This document shows positions 1-9,336 of a stretch of DNA of 64,000 nucleotides, piece after piece. A model generated the notes under the pieces. That model was not told the DNA's origin. It did not search any database and saw nothing but the letters and a program-made list of their open reading frames with translations. The position numbers and the translations under genes were made by a program. Source of the DNA: Arcobacter sp. (GTDB taxonomy: Bacteria > Campylobacterota > Campylobacteria > Campylobacterales > Arcobacteraceae); contig PKUK01000003.1 in assembly GCA_002869535.1 (NCBI GenBank), forward strand, positions 231,347 through 295,346. Direction: 5' to 3'. How positions within the stretch are numbered: the first letter of the stretch is position 1; every line of letters starts with the position of its first letter.

Positions 1-129
1 ATTCTTCTTATAATTATTTTGTAAAATAATTTTCAATCCAATAGCCAATAAGGTAGTAATTATAATAAAAGTTAATATTAATTTTTTTTGCTTAAAAACA
101 ATTTCTTTTATATATTTTAAATGTTCCAT
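1..129 (-). CDS. partial CDS (first 43 codons; continues past left edge): small membrane-anchored protein, function unknown
   Basis: Own translation from ATG at 129..127: MEHLKYIKEIVFKQKKLILTFIIITTLLAIGLKIILQNNYKKN, open to the window edge. Basic N-terminus followed by one hydrophobic helix. Its position at the distal end of the glycan locus would fit a chain-length-regulator type protein, but 43 aa cannot show that. Confidence 0.3.
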   Translation of the reverse strand, partial: MEHLKYIKEIVFKQKKLILTFIIITTLLAIGLKIILQNNYKKN

Positions 130-157
130 TTTAAATTCTCATTTCATGTAGTGTTTT

Positions 158-730
158 TTATAAAATATAAACTTGATTATTTTGAAGTTTATATACTGTA
201 TTATCATATGTATCAATAGCTATATTCTCATTATTAAATACTAAGGTATTACCAGATATTGATACCCAGCCAATTTGTTTTGCAGGAACACCAACCATTA
301 AAGCAAAATCTTTTACATCTTTATTTACTACACTTCCTGCACCTATTAATGCATACCTACCGATTGTATTTCCACATATAATGGTTGCATTTGCACCAAT
401 TGAGCTTCCTTTTTTTAAGAGTGTTTTTTTAAATTCAGACTTTCTAATTACGAATGCCCTAGGATTAATTATATTTGTAAATACCATAGAAGGGCCTAAG
501 AAAACATCATCTTCTATTTCAACACCTTTATAAATTGATATATTATTTTGTACTTTTACACTATTTCCAATAGTAACGTTAGGACCAACTACACAGTTTT
601 GTCCAAAAGAGCAGTTTTTTCCAATTTTTGAATCTTCAAGAATATGTGAAAAGTGCCATATTTTAGTATTGTCTCCTATTTCAACATTACTATCTACAAA
701 ACTTGATTCATGCACAAAATATTTTGACAT
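158..730 (-). CDS. wbpD: left-handed beta-helix N-acetyltransferase, WbpD/WlbB-like (UDP-2-acetamido-3-amino-2,3-dideoxy-glucuronate N-acetyltransferase type)
   Basis: 190-aa ORF with tandem hexapeptide repeats. Collinear with my recollection of P. aeruginosa WbpD, including GPSMVFTN..NPRAF and MVGVPAKQIGW. Lies 1 nt behind the WbpB-like gene. Confidence 0.8.
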   Translation of the reverse strand: MSKYFVHESSFVDSNVEIGDNTKIWHFSHILEDSKIGKNCSFGQNCVVGPNVTIGNSVKVQNNISIYKGVEIEDDVFLGPSMVFTNIINPRAFVIRKSEFKKTLLKKGSSIGANATIICGNTIGRYALIGAGSVVNKDVKDFALMVGVPAKQIGWVSISGNTLVFNNENIAIDTYDNTVYKLQNNQVYIL

Positions 731-731
731 A

Positions 732-1694
732 CTAAATCACCTTTTTTATAAATGAATGATAATCACCTTTTAAACCAGCGATTTCAGATTTTCGTATATC
801 AGAAATTATTTGAATAGAGTTATATGATTCATCTAAACCAAATCCATTTCCAGATAAAATCTCCTCATATGATTTTGTATGAAGATCTTTAAAACCTGCA
901 GAAAACTCTATTTCCTTTCCATCTATTTTTATTGATCGAAAAGTAGTTTGCCCTTGTTCTTTAATCTTTAAAGGGATATAATTATAGTTAACCGATAAAA
1001 ACCATTTTACCCTTGCATTCTTTAATATTAAGTAGCCCGCATTAGCATCTACTGTTTTAAGATGCAAAATATTTTCTTTTACTTCTCCAAAAATCCAACA
1101 AAGCATATCAAAAAAGTGTACCCCAATATTTGATGCAATACCTCCAGATTTAGATTCATCACCTTTCCAAGAAATAAAGTACCACTTTCCTCTTGATGTT
1201 AAATATGTTAAATCAATATCATATACTTTGTTAGGGTTGTTTTTTAATTCTTTTAATACTTTTTGCTTTAGTGCAATTATTGAAGGATGAAGTCTTAATT
1301 GTAAAATATTATTTACTTTTTTCCCTGTCTCTTTTTCAATAACTTTTAATTGTTCAAGATTATGTGGATTTAAAACTAAAGGTTTTTCACAAATTACATC
1401 TGCCCCACTTTTTAAAGCAAATCTTATATGTGCATCATGTAAATAGTTAGGTGTGGTAATTGAAATATATTCAATTCTTTTTTCATTTTCCCGATGATAT
1501 TTATCTATAAAACGATCAAATCTTTCAAATTCAGTAAAAAAGGATGCTTTAGGGAAATAACTATCCATTATTCCAATTCCATCATAAGGATCTAGTGCAG
1601 CAACTAATTCATTATTAGTATCTTTTATTGCCTGCATATGTCGTGGAGCGATATATCCTGATGCTCCTATTAAACCAAAATTCTTTTTTTTCAT
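732..1694 (-). CDS. wbpB: Gfo/Idh/MocA oxidoreductase, WbpB/WlbA-like (UDP-GlcNAcA 3-dehydrogenase type)
   Basis: 320-aa ORF. N-terminal Rossmann GLIGASGYIAPRHMQAIKDT, ICEKPL, TNIGVHFFDM and LHTKSYEEILSG segments match recalled WbpB almost block for block. Confidence 0.8.
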   Translation of the reverse strand: MKKKNFGLIGASGYIAPRHMQAIKDTNNELVAALDPYDGIGIMDSYFPKASFFTEFERFDRFIDKYHRENEKRIEYISITTPNYLHDAHIRFALKSGADVICEKPLVLNPHNLEQLKVIEKETGKKVNNILQLRLHPSIIALKQKVLKELKNNPNKVYDIDLTYLTSRGKWYFISWKGDESKSGGIASNIGVHFFDMLCWIFGEVKENILHLKTVDANAGYLILKNARVKWFLSVNYNYIPLKIKEQGQTTFRSIKIDGKEIEFSAGFKDLHTKSYEEILSGNGFGLDESYNSIQIISDIRKSEIAGLKGDYHSFIKKVI

Positions 1695-1701
1695 AATAAC
1701 C

Positions 1702-2490
1702 TTACTTTAATTTTAAAAATTTGTTTATTATACTGTGCACAACTCTAAAAATAAATTTTGATAAAGAGTACATTATTATAAAAAAATATTTAACAATACC
1801 TATATATTTTGAGTCATAACAAAATTTATAATTAGATAGTTCGCCTTTTTCCATCGCCCATAAATGAGAAGATAAGCCACTCTCCCCATAAGCATATTTG
1901 TATAAACGTACTAAAATAGGCTCAACAATTATATATAAAGGCTCATAATATGATGCTTTAAGCCATAAATGATAATCTTCTGAATACCGCTGCTCGAAAT
2001 TGAATCCATTTACTTTATCAAATAAATTTCTTGTTATAACTGTACAAGGAGTAGATGTTCTATTAGAAAGTAAAAAATCATCAAATTTATACTTTCTTAT
2101 CTTTACATCTTTTGAATTATTAAAATCTTTAAATGTATATTTTGTAGATATAAACTCAGCATTTAACTTTTGTATATAAAAATATTGTATTTTTAACTTA
2201 TCCTCATGCCATTCATCATCTGAATCTAAAAAAGCTAAATATGTGCCTATAGAATTTTTAACTGCATTATTTCTAGCAGCTGCAGCCCCCGCATTCTTTT
2301 GATAAATATACTTAAATGATACTGTTTCCTTTGATAAAGTTTGATAAATAATCTCTTTTGAATTATCACTACTACCATCATCTACAATAATTATCTCGAA
2401 ATCTTTAAATGATTGTTTTAAAACAGACTCCAGTGCTCTTTGAATTGTACTTGATGAATTAAAAGTAGGTATAATAACAGAAAAAATCAC
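1702..2490 (-). CDS. family 2 glycosyltransferase (GT-A fold)
   Basis: 262-aa ORF with SVIIPTFN, VDDGSSDNS and LDSDDEW (DXD) motifs. Confidence 0.8.
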   Translation of the reverse strand: MIFSVIIPTFNSSSTIQRALESVLKQSFKDFEIIIVDDGSSDNSKEIIYQTLSKETVSFKYIYQKNAGAAAARNNAVKNSIGTYLAFLDSDDEWHEDKLKIQYFYIQKLNAEFISTKYTFKDFNNSKDVKIRKYKFDDFLLSNRTSTPCTVITRNLFDKVNGFNFEQRYSEDYHLWLKASYYEPLYIIVEPILVRLYKYAYGESGLSSHLWAMEKGELSNYKFCYDSKYIGIVKYFFIIMYSLSKFIFRVVHSIINKFLKLK

Positions 2491-4031
2491 AATGCATATT
2501 CCAATCTAGGCATAAGTTTAAGAACTATTTTCATAATAAAATTATCTTTATTTAACAATTGAACCCAATGGCGATTATCCATAGGTAAAGTATCAATATA
2601 TTCTTGAATATCTTCTTTCTTTATTTCAACTAATTCATTAAGTTTTGAATCATATACATAAACTGTATCATCAATGTCAATCTTTGTACCATATTTCTTA
2701 TCTAACAAATAACTATTTCTATATACAAATCTTCTATTTAAAGTTGATACTTTATAATCTTCTTTCGTTGCAAATTTAAAAATATGAGTTGCCATACCTT
2801 GTGCAAAAAATTCTATATGTGATAAATCCCCTAATTTACTATATTGATTATAGGTTACAAATAACTGTTTTGTTCTATCAAACTTTTGTATATCTTTATT
2901 AGTTTTAATATTGTTAATAACTTGTAATTGAGTTTTATTCCACATTTTCCAATGATTAGAAATTCCAAGTGAAGAAAATATGAAAATAGAAAAGACTACT
3001 GTTGCACTTTTTTTATTATTCATTAATAGCATTACAACCAAAAATGATATAAGCAAAGAACCATATATGGTAACTCTATTTCCTAGATTAAAAGCAATTT
3101 GAGGATACATACCTGTTAAAGCAAACATTCCGAATGCGAATAGTACAACCAATGCCAATACAATCAAGAGCTGTTTATTAGTTTTTTCTTTTTCTATTTT
3201 ATAGTATTTATAAAATAAAATCACCAAGACTACACCAATTATCATTGAAAAAAGAGTTAATTGCATTATTGAATAATAAATTTTCAGCCAAAAAGATGGA
3301 CCAATAGAAGCATCAATAAATGTTCCAACTTGTAAAATAAATTGTTTTATTAATGATACTATACTAAAATCTGAGCTTCCCTTTATAGTTTGTGTATTAA
3401 ATACTTTTGAAATTACAAGATAATAAATAATATATATAATTTGTGGTAACAAAAAAGTTATAAACTTTTTATATTGTTTATTTAGTAAAAATATTATTGA
3501 TAAGCCAAAGACAAATGGAGGAGATGCATATCCTGAAAAAGATCCCAATAAGCCAATTAAAAAACCTTTAATATTTTTATCTTTATGTATTAATCTATGT
3601 GATAACATAACAAATGCTAATGTAATAATTAAATATTGTCCTACTGTCCAATAGTTTGTTGCATCATGTATTGGAAATAATATAAATATTAAAGAGAATA
3701 AAAAAGCTTTTGAACTTTTCATATAATCATTCATAAATATATATATTATGTAAAATGCACTAAATGATGTTAATATTTTAATAAAGTCAAAATAAATTGA
3801 ACCAAAGTCAAAATAATAAAATTGCAAAAAATCATATACTATTATTGGTATACCTTTAAGATATAGAGGTGTTGTAAATATATTTATAAAAAGTTCATAA
3901 AGGTTATCTTTGAGATTTACAATATGTATAATGTCATCAGAGTGAGTACCTGTAAAAATATACAAATAACAAAATAATAAAAATACTATTCCTAAACATA
4001 TTTTTTTAAACATATTTTTTCTCCAATACAA
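2487..4031 (-). CDS. polytopic inner-membrane protein with GT-C-like architecture (ArnT/PMT/polymerase-like); function unassigned
   Basis: 514-aa ORF; likely start is M7 at 4013, an 8-nt overlap with the upstream stop. Roughly 11-13 hydrophobic helices, an acidic HSDD motif right after helix 1, and a ~120-aa soluble C-terminal tail. No family-level identification is possible by eye. Confidence 0.4.
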   Translation of the reverse strand: MYWRKNMFKKICLGIVFLLFCYLYIFTGTHSDDIIHIVNLKDNLYELFINIFTTPLYLKGIPIIVYDFLQFYYFDFGSIYFDFIKILTSFSAFYIIYIFMNDYMKSSKAFLFSLIFILFPIHDATNYWTVGQYLIITLAFVMLSHRLIHKDKNIKGFLIGLLGSFSGYASPPFVFGLSIIFLLNKQYKKFITFLLPQIIYIIYYLVISKVFNTQTIKGSSDFSIVSLIKQFILQVGTFIDASIGPSFWLKIYYSIMQLTLFSMIIGVVLVILFYKYYKIEKEKTNKQLLIVLALVVLFAFGMFALTGMYPQIAFNLGNRVTIYGSLLISFLVVMLLMNNKKSATVVFSIFIFSSLGISNHWKMWNKTQLQVINNIKTNKDIQKFDRTKQLFVTYNQYSKLGDLSHIEFFAQGMATHIFKFATKEDYKVSTLNRRFVYRNSYLLDKKYGTKIDIDDTVYVYDSKLNELVEIKKEDIQEYIDTLPMDNRHWVQLLNKDNFIMKIVLKLMPRLEYAL

Positions 4032-4914
4032 AAAATAACCACAAACACATTATAGTTATAATCTGTACTACATGATATACAATAGCAAAAGATAATGCCT
4101 CGCTACTATTAATATTAAAATACCCTAAAATATATACAATTGTTGCTTCATAAACACCAATTCCTGCAGGTGATGATGGCAATGACATTCCTAACGCTGA
4201 AATCACAAAAACAATCATAATTTCAAAAATTGTCAAATTGAACTCAGTAAATAAATATATAAATCCATATAAAGATACTATATAAAATATATATAATACG
4301 ATTGTTGCATAAATACTATTAAATAATATATAAGATTTTGTTTTATAAAGATTTATAATAATTTTTAAAATTGTAACTCTTACTTTTTTATTAGAAATTC
4401 GTTTTGTAATATATATAATTTCTTTTGCATATTTGACAAAAATAAATAAAGCTATAAATAAAAAAATTGTAATTGGTATTAAAAAATAAAAATTATCAAA
4501 AAATGTAGTGCCTAATAAAACTATTAATCCTAAAATAAAAAGAATCATCAAATCTAAACTTCTTTCTAAAATCAAAGAGCTAATAGAATTATGTAGATTA
4601 ACACCGTAGTTTTTTTTAATATAAACTGGCTTATAAAAATCACCAGCCCTTGCCGGCAGTATTTGATTTATAGCCATAGATATTAAATTTGTTTTATAAG
4701 AGTTATAAAAACTAATACTTGAACTTGTTAATGTTTGCCATCTAATTGCAAAAAATAAAAATGATAAAATAGTAATAACAACTACATAAGATATTGCATA
4801 AAAAGAATAGCTAGATAAACTAGCTACTAACTCATTTATATTGGTATTATAAACTAAATATATTAGTGCAAGTATAACCACCAATAAATTTATTAATTTA
4901 TTCATCAAAACCAA
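4006..4914 (-). CDS. flippase-like membrane protein (LPG_synthase_TM / UPF0104 family)
   Basis: 302-aa ORF with multiple helices and the signature ILPARAGDFYKP...SLILERSLDL typical of this family. Overlaps the ArnC/GtrB-like gene upstream. Confidence 0.6.
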   Translation of the reverse strand: MVLMNKLINLLVVILALIYLVYNTNINELVASLSSYSFYAISYVVVITILSFLFFAIRWQTLTSSSISFYNSYKTNLISMAINQILPARAGDFYKPVYIKKNYGVNLHNSISSLILERSLDLMILFILGLIVLLGTTFFDNFYFLIPITIFLFIALFIFVKYAKEIIYITKRISNKKVRVTILKIIINLYKTKSYILFNSIYATIVLYIFYIVSLYGFIYLFTEFNLTIFEIMIVFVISALGMSLPSSPAGIGVYEATIVYILGYFNINSSEALSFAIVYHVVQIITIMCLWLFFVLEKKYV

Positions 4915-5842
4915 TTTTTTCTTTTATTATATACGATTTATTAGGATTTATTTGATCGTATATTCTCCAAATATATTCAGATATAATACCTAACATTAAA
5001 AATAGAAGTCCAAAACCAAAGGTATTTAAAGCAACAAGAGTTGACCAACCTTCTACAACTATATTACCAAATAAACTCATTAAAATAATATATAAACCAT
5101 ATCCAAATCCAATTGTAGAAAAAATGACTCCCAAAATAGTAATTAATCGTAAAGGAACAACTGAAAAAGATACAAAAGTATCAATAAACATTTTAACTTT
5201 TTTCTGAAATGTCCATTTACTTTGCCCTGAGTTTCTTGATAATTGGAAATAAGGAACATACTCTTTTGTATATCCCATATTAAAGATATTTCCATAAATT
5301 GATGTATTTTTTATATTCATATTTTGTAAACTTTTTAAAACATTCACATTTAACATAAATATATCTACTCCTTTTGTTGGAAAATTAGATATTGCATATT
5401 TTTGTACAAGAGAATTATATATTTTAGAAAATAAAATACTAAGTTTATCAGTATTTCTATTTTGTCTATCTGCTAATACAATATCAATATTTGAATCTGA
5501 ATTAAATTTAGTTAACATATCTTGATATAAATGAATTGGCTCTTGCATATCAGCAGACATAAATGAAAAATAGTCACATTCTTTTAAGTTATCAATAGCT
5601 GCAAATATTGCATAGTGAGATCCATAATTTTTTGACAGTTTTATAACTTTCACATTATTCATCTCTAATGATAAATTTTTAACTATTTCAAAAGAATTAT
5701 CAGTTGAACCATCATCTACAAATAAAAATTCAATATTTATATTATTAATTGTTCTTTCAGTTTCTTCAATTCTATTTTTATACAAACTTAAGTTATCTTC
5801 TTCATTTAAAAATGGGATTACAATAATTAATTTCTTTTTCAC
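4898..5842 (-). CDS. polyprenyl-phosphate glycosyltransferase (GT2; ArnC/GtrB/DPM1-like)
   Basis: 314-aa ORF. GT2 motifs VIPFLNEE and VDDGSTDNS, followed by two C-terminal helices and the GIISEYIWRIY motif characteristic of GtrB/ArnC-type enzymes. Confidence 0.75.
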   Translation of the reverse strand: MKKKLIIVIPFLNEEDNLSLYKNRIEETERTINNINIEFLFVDDGSTDNSFEIVKNLSLEMNNVKVIKLSKNYGSHYAIFAAIDNLKECDYFSFMSADMQEPIHLYQDMLTKFNSDSNIDIVLADRQNRNTDKLSILFSKIYNSLVQKYAISNFPTKGVDIFMLNVNVLKSLQNMNIKNTSIYGNIFNMGYTKEYVPYFQLSRNSGQSKWTFQKKVKMFIDTFVSFSVVPLRLITILGVIFSTIGFGYGLYIILMSLFGNIVVEGWSTLVALNTFGFGLLFLMLGIISEYIWRIYDQINPNKSYIIKEKIGFDE

Positions 5843-5854
5843 ACTAATTTCCTA

Positions 5855-6346
5855 TCAATAAATTTTTACTGGTGTACCATATGCCTTAACATTTGATGGA
5901 ATATTCTTATTCACAAAACTATTTGCACCAACAATTACATTATCCCCAATACTAACACCTTTAGAGATAACAACATTGGGTCCAATATAACAATTATTAC
6001 CAATATTTACAGATGCTTTTGATATCTCATTTTGATATACTATTCTATCAACTGTGTCATGTGTATAAATTTGAACACCTGCTGAAATATCACAATTATT
6101 ACCAATTATTAAACTTCCACCGGAACCATCTAATATTGTAAATGGACCAATCCAGCAATTTTCTCCAACTTTAACATTTCCTAAAACAAGTGAAGAATCA
6201 TATACACTACTGCCTTCACCAAATTTTAAATATTTTGCTTTTTCCCATCTATCATTTACATAATCACCGAATGGTAGAACTCTATTATATTTTGTATTAA
6301 CTAAATCTCTTTTTTTATGAAAAAAATTAATTAATTTATTTAACAT
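5855..6346 (-). CDS. hexapeptide-repeat (LbH) sugar acetyltransferase
   Basis: 163-aa ORF with repeated [LIV]G.N..I hexapeptides ([39 protein letters not shown]). Confidence 0.7.
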   Translation of the reverse strand: MLNKLINFFHKKRDLVNTKYNRVLPFGDYVNDRWEKAKYLKFGEGSSVYDSSLVLGNVKVGENCWIGPFTILDGSGGSLIIGNNCDISAGVQIYTHDTVDRIVYQNEISKASVNIGNNCYIGPNVVISKGVSIGDNVIVGANSFVNKNIPSNVKAYGTPVKIY

Positions 6347-7427
6347 TACTTATATAACCAGATATTATTTTATATATTTTATTAATTTCCAAATTTTCAT
6401 AACAAGGAAGTGTGATAGTGTTCTTTTCTAAATTTGATGAATTTTTCTGAATATTGTTATATTTATTTTTGTAATAAGTCGTCGCACTTAAACTGTAAGT
6501 TCCAATTGTAGTTTCAATTTTATTGTTTTTCAAATAGCTTACTAAATCATCTCTATTTATTTCAGATGGGACTTGAAATACTAAAGACTGAACATTATAA
6601 ACCACATCCTTGGTTACTTTTTGTTCTTTAAATCCAAGTTGTTCAAGTTGTACTATGAACATATCTCTTATTGTGTTTCTTGATTTAACAATTGAATCTA
6701 ACTTTTCTAATTGTTTTATTCCCATAACGGCTTGTAATTCTGACATTCTATAATTATAGCCATAATCAATAAAGTCAAACTTTCCATCATTAACAACTGA
6801 ACCATGATTTAATTTAATTTCTAATAGTTTTGCATACTCTTCATTATTAGTAGTAATAGCGCCACCCTCACCTGTTGTTAGTAATTTTCTTGGATGAAAG
6901 CTAAAACAAGTTAAATCGGCTATATTTCCACATTTTATAGTATTTTCACTACTTCCAATTGCACATGCTCCATCTTCAATTAAAGGTAAATTGTATTTCT
7001 CACAAATTGCTTTTATTTTAAGTATTCCACTTGGATTTCCCAAAGCATCAACAAAAATAACTGCTTTAGTTTTTGTTGTAATCTTATTTTCAAGCTCATC
7101 TGGCAACATATTAAAAGTTTCTAGAGAAACATCAGCAAATATTGGTATTGCACCTAAATCTTCAACTACATTTGCAGTTGCTGGAAATGAAAAATCTGAA
7201 ATAATCACCTCATCCCCTGCTTTGATATCTAATATTTTTAATGACATTGTCAAAGCTGTAGTAGCTGATGTTGTTAAAAAAGCATTTTTTGAACCTGTAT
7301 ATGACTTTAATAAATTCCTAAATTCATCTACAAATTTACCTTTTGTAAACCAACCACTTTCAAATACTTATTCAAATTCATTTCGAACTTCTTCAAAGTT
7401 AACATAAGGCTTAATTAATCTAATCAT
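6336..7427 (-). pseudogene. DegT/DnrJ/EryC1/StrS-family PLP sugar aminotransferase interrupted by an in-frame TAA at 7370..7368
   Basis: ATG at 7427 overlaps the upstream TGA (ATGA). Translation reads MIRLIKPYVNFEEVRNEFE-stop-VFESGWFTKGKFVDEFRNLLKSYTGSKNAFLTTSATTAL, in the same frame as the 305-aa ORF (174 nt = 58 codons upstream of 7253). The PLP-lysine context SFHPRKLLTTGEGG is present. The reconstructed 363 codons are a normal family length. Confidence 0.8.
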
Positions 7428-8386
7428 TTAATATTTTCCATATACCATTTTATTGTTTTTTCTAAACCAATTTCAAAGGGTGTTAATTGATAATCAATTA
7501 ATGCTTTAATCTTTTTATTACTAGCATTATGACATTTTACATCTGCTCCACGAGCCTCTTTTTTTAAAATTTCACCTTTATATTCCATAATATTTACGAT
7601 TCTTAATACAACATCATTCATTGATATTTGTCCATCTGTTGAAATATTAATACTTTCAGCTTTTTTCATCTTTGGATATAACTTTAAAATTGCATCTACT
7701 GTATCTAACACATATATAAAGTCTCTACTTTGAAGTCCAGTACCATGGATTTCAGGATTTATATCATTTAATATTCTTGATACAGTTATTGGTATAATAC
7801 CAGCCATATATCCTTTATGATTTTGTCTAGGACAATAATTATTAAATGGTCTAACTATAAAAGCATCTAAATCAAACATATTGACATAACTATTTATGGC
7901 TACATCAGCAGCTGCTTTACCAGCCGCATAAGTTGTTGTTGGATTTATTGGATGCTTTTCATCCATAGGCTCATAAACTGCAGTACCATAGACTTCAGAT
8001 GTTGAAAAATGAACAAGAGTTTTAAATCTACCAGCTCTTTGATGTTCTAAAATATTTAAAATACCATTAACATTAGTGTCAAATGCATTTTTGGGATTTA
8101 CAAAAGAATAATTTAATGCTTTTGTGGCACAATTAAAAACAATGTCAATATTATGTATTTGGAAAATATAATCTAATGATGAAGTTATTTCAATATCATC
8201 TTTATAGAGAATAGCCCCTTTTAATATTGCATCTTTAAGATTATTTTCATTTCCTAAAAACATGTTATCAATAATAATTACCTCTTTTGCACCTTGTAAT
8301 ATTAACTGATCAACTAAATGACTACCAATAAAGCCAGCTCCACCAGTAACTAATATTGAACTACCTTTTATATGAGGTCTCATCAT
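7424..8386 (-). CDS. extended short-chain dehydrogenase/reductase: NAD-dependent nucleotide-sugar epimerase/dehydratase/decarboxylase (subclass unresolved)
   Basis: 320-aa ORF with VTGGAGFIGSH Rossmann motif, catalytic YAAGK (YxxxK), and STSEVYG. Confidence 0.75.
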   Translation of the reverse strand: MMRPHIKGSSILVTGGAGFIGSHLVDQLILQGAKEVIIIDNMFLGNENNLKDAILKGAILYKDDIEITSSLDYIFQIHNIDIVFNCATKALNYSFVNPKNAFDTNVNGILNILEHQRAGRFKTLVHFSTSEVYGTAVYEPMDEKHPINPTTTYAAGKAAADVAINSYVNMFDLDAFIVRPFNNYCPRQNHKGYMAGIIPITVSRILNDINPEIHGTGLQSRDFIYVLDTVDAILKLYPKMKKAESINISTDGQISMNDVVLRIVNIMEYKGEILKKEARGADVKCHNASNKKIKALIDYQLTPFEIGLEKTIKWYMENIK

Positions 8387-9336
8387 TTTGACTCCATAAT
8401 TTGCTGCTGAATTTTACTTGCTATTTCCATTGCAAATAAGCCATCAGTCTCATTTGGTACATCTACTACTTTATCTTGACAAAGACTTATAAAATCTATA
8501 AGCTCCAATAATAAACCTTCTTGAGGTCTTATTGTAATTGTTTCCTCTTTTGATAAAATAGAGACATCATCCAAATACTGCTCAATTGATTGTTTATTTA
8601 CTAATACTTCTTTTCTTAATAAATCGCAATCAATATACATATCATCACAAGTTGCACTTATATGTCTTATTCTTTTCTCAGTAATTCGACTAGCTACAAT
8701 ATTGGAAAAACTTCCATTTTCATGTGTAATGATCGCTCTCGCATACTCAATCATACCGTTATTTATATATCCGTGAGCATCTACTTTTTTGGCATTTCCA
8801 TTTATATATAAAGCTAAGTCAATATCATGAATCATAAGATCAATTACAACATCAACATCTGTAATCCTACTACTAACTTTATTTGTTCTCGAAAAATCAA
8901 TATTTATAATATGATTACTATTTCTTATAACTTTTTTTAAACCAACAACAGCAGAATTATATCTCTCAATAAATCCTACTTGTATATTAAGATTATTTTC
9001 TTCCGCTAATTTAACTATCTCTTTCGTTGATTCTAAAGTATCAGTTAAAGGTTTTTCAACAAAAATATTTTTAACGTACTTACTAATTTGCTTAATGTAA
9101 TCATAATGAGTAAATGTAGGTGTAACAATAATAACCCCATCAACATATTGTAAATCATCTTCTAAGTCCTCTGAAGCTTTTACATTATATTCTTTTGCTA
9201 GCTTATTGCAAATTTCTTTGTCAAAATCATATATAAAAGATATTTCAACTTGTTTTATCATTGATAAATTCCGAAGATGGTTTTGTCCCATCTTTCCAAC
9301 ACCTAAAAGTCCTATTTTGACAACATTATTATTCAT
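8383..9336 (-). CDS. Gfo/Idh/MocA-family oxidoreductase (nucleotide-sugar 3-dehydrogenase type)
   Basis: 317-aa ORF with IGLLGVGKMGQNH Rossmann motif and VEKPL. Sits with an LbH acetyltransferase and a WbpE-like aminotransferase. Distinct from the WbpB-like paralogue at 732..1694. Confidence 0.7.
   Translation of the reverse strand: MNNNVVKIGLLGVGKMGQNHLRNLSMIKQVEISFIYDFDKEICNKLAKEYNVKASEDLEDDLQYVDGVIIVTPTFTHYDYIKQISKYVKNIFVEKPLTDTLESTKEIVKLAEENNLNIQVGFIERYNSAVVGLKKVIRNSNHIINIDFSRTNKVSSRITDVDVVIDLMIHDIDLALYINGNAKKVDAHGYINNGMIEYARAIITHENGSFSNIVASRITEKRIRHISATCDDMYIDCDLLRKEVLVNKQSIEQYLDDVSILSKEETITIRPQEGLLLELIDFISLCQDKVVDVPNETDGLFAMEIASKIQQQIMESK

Noticed and set aside
6991-7407. 138-aa plus-strand ORF antisense to the DegT-family gene.
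   Set aside because: Shadow ORF. It lies entirely opposite a well-supported minus-strand gene, the product is low-complexity S/F/I-rich, and I see no RBS or homology pattern. The same applies to the other plus-strand ORFs inside 1..43537: 9206..9529, 11352..11546, 12045..12266, 13313..13516, 14442..14720, 15886..16095, 17626..17933, 18490..18735, 26045..26236, 29202..29489, 30627..30872, 31004..31192, 34483..34674, 37414..37617, 40052..40309, 40472..40690 and 41889..42140.
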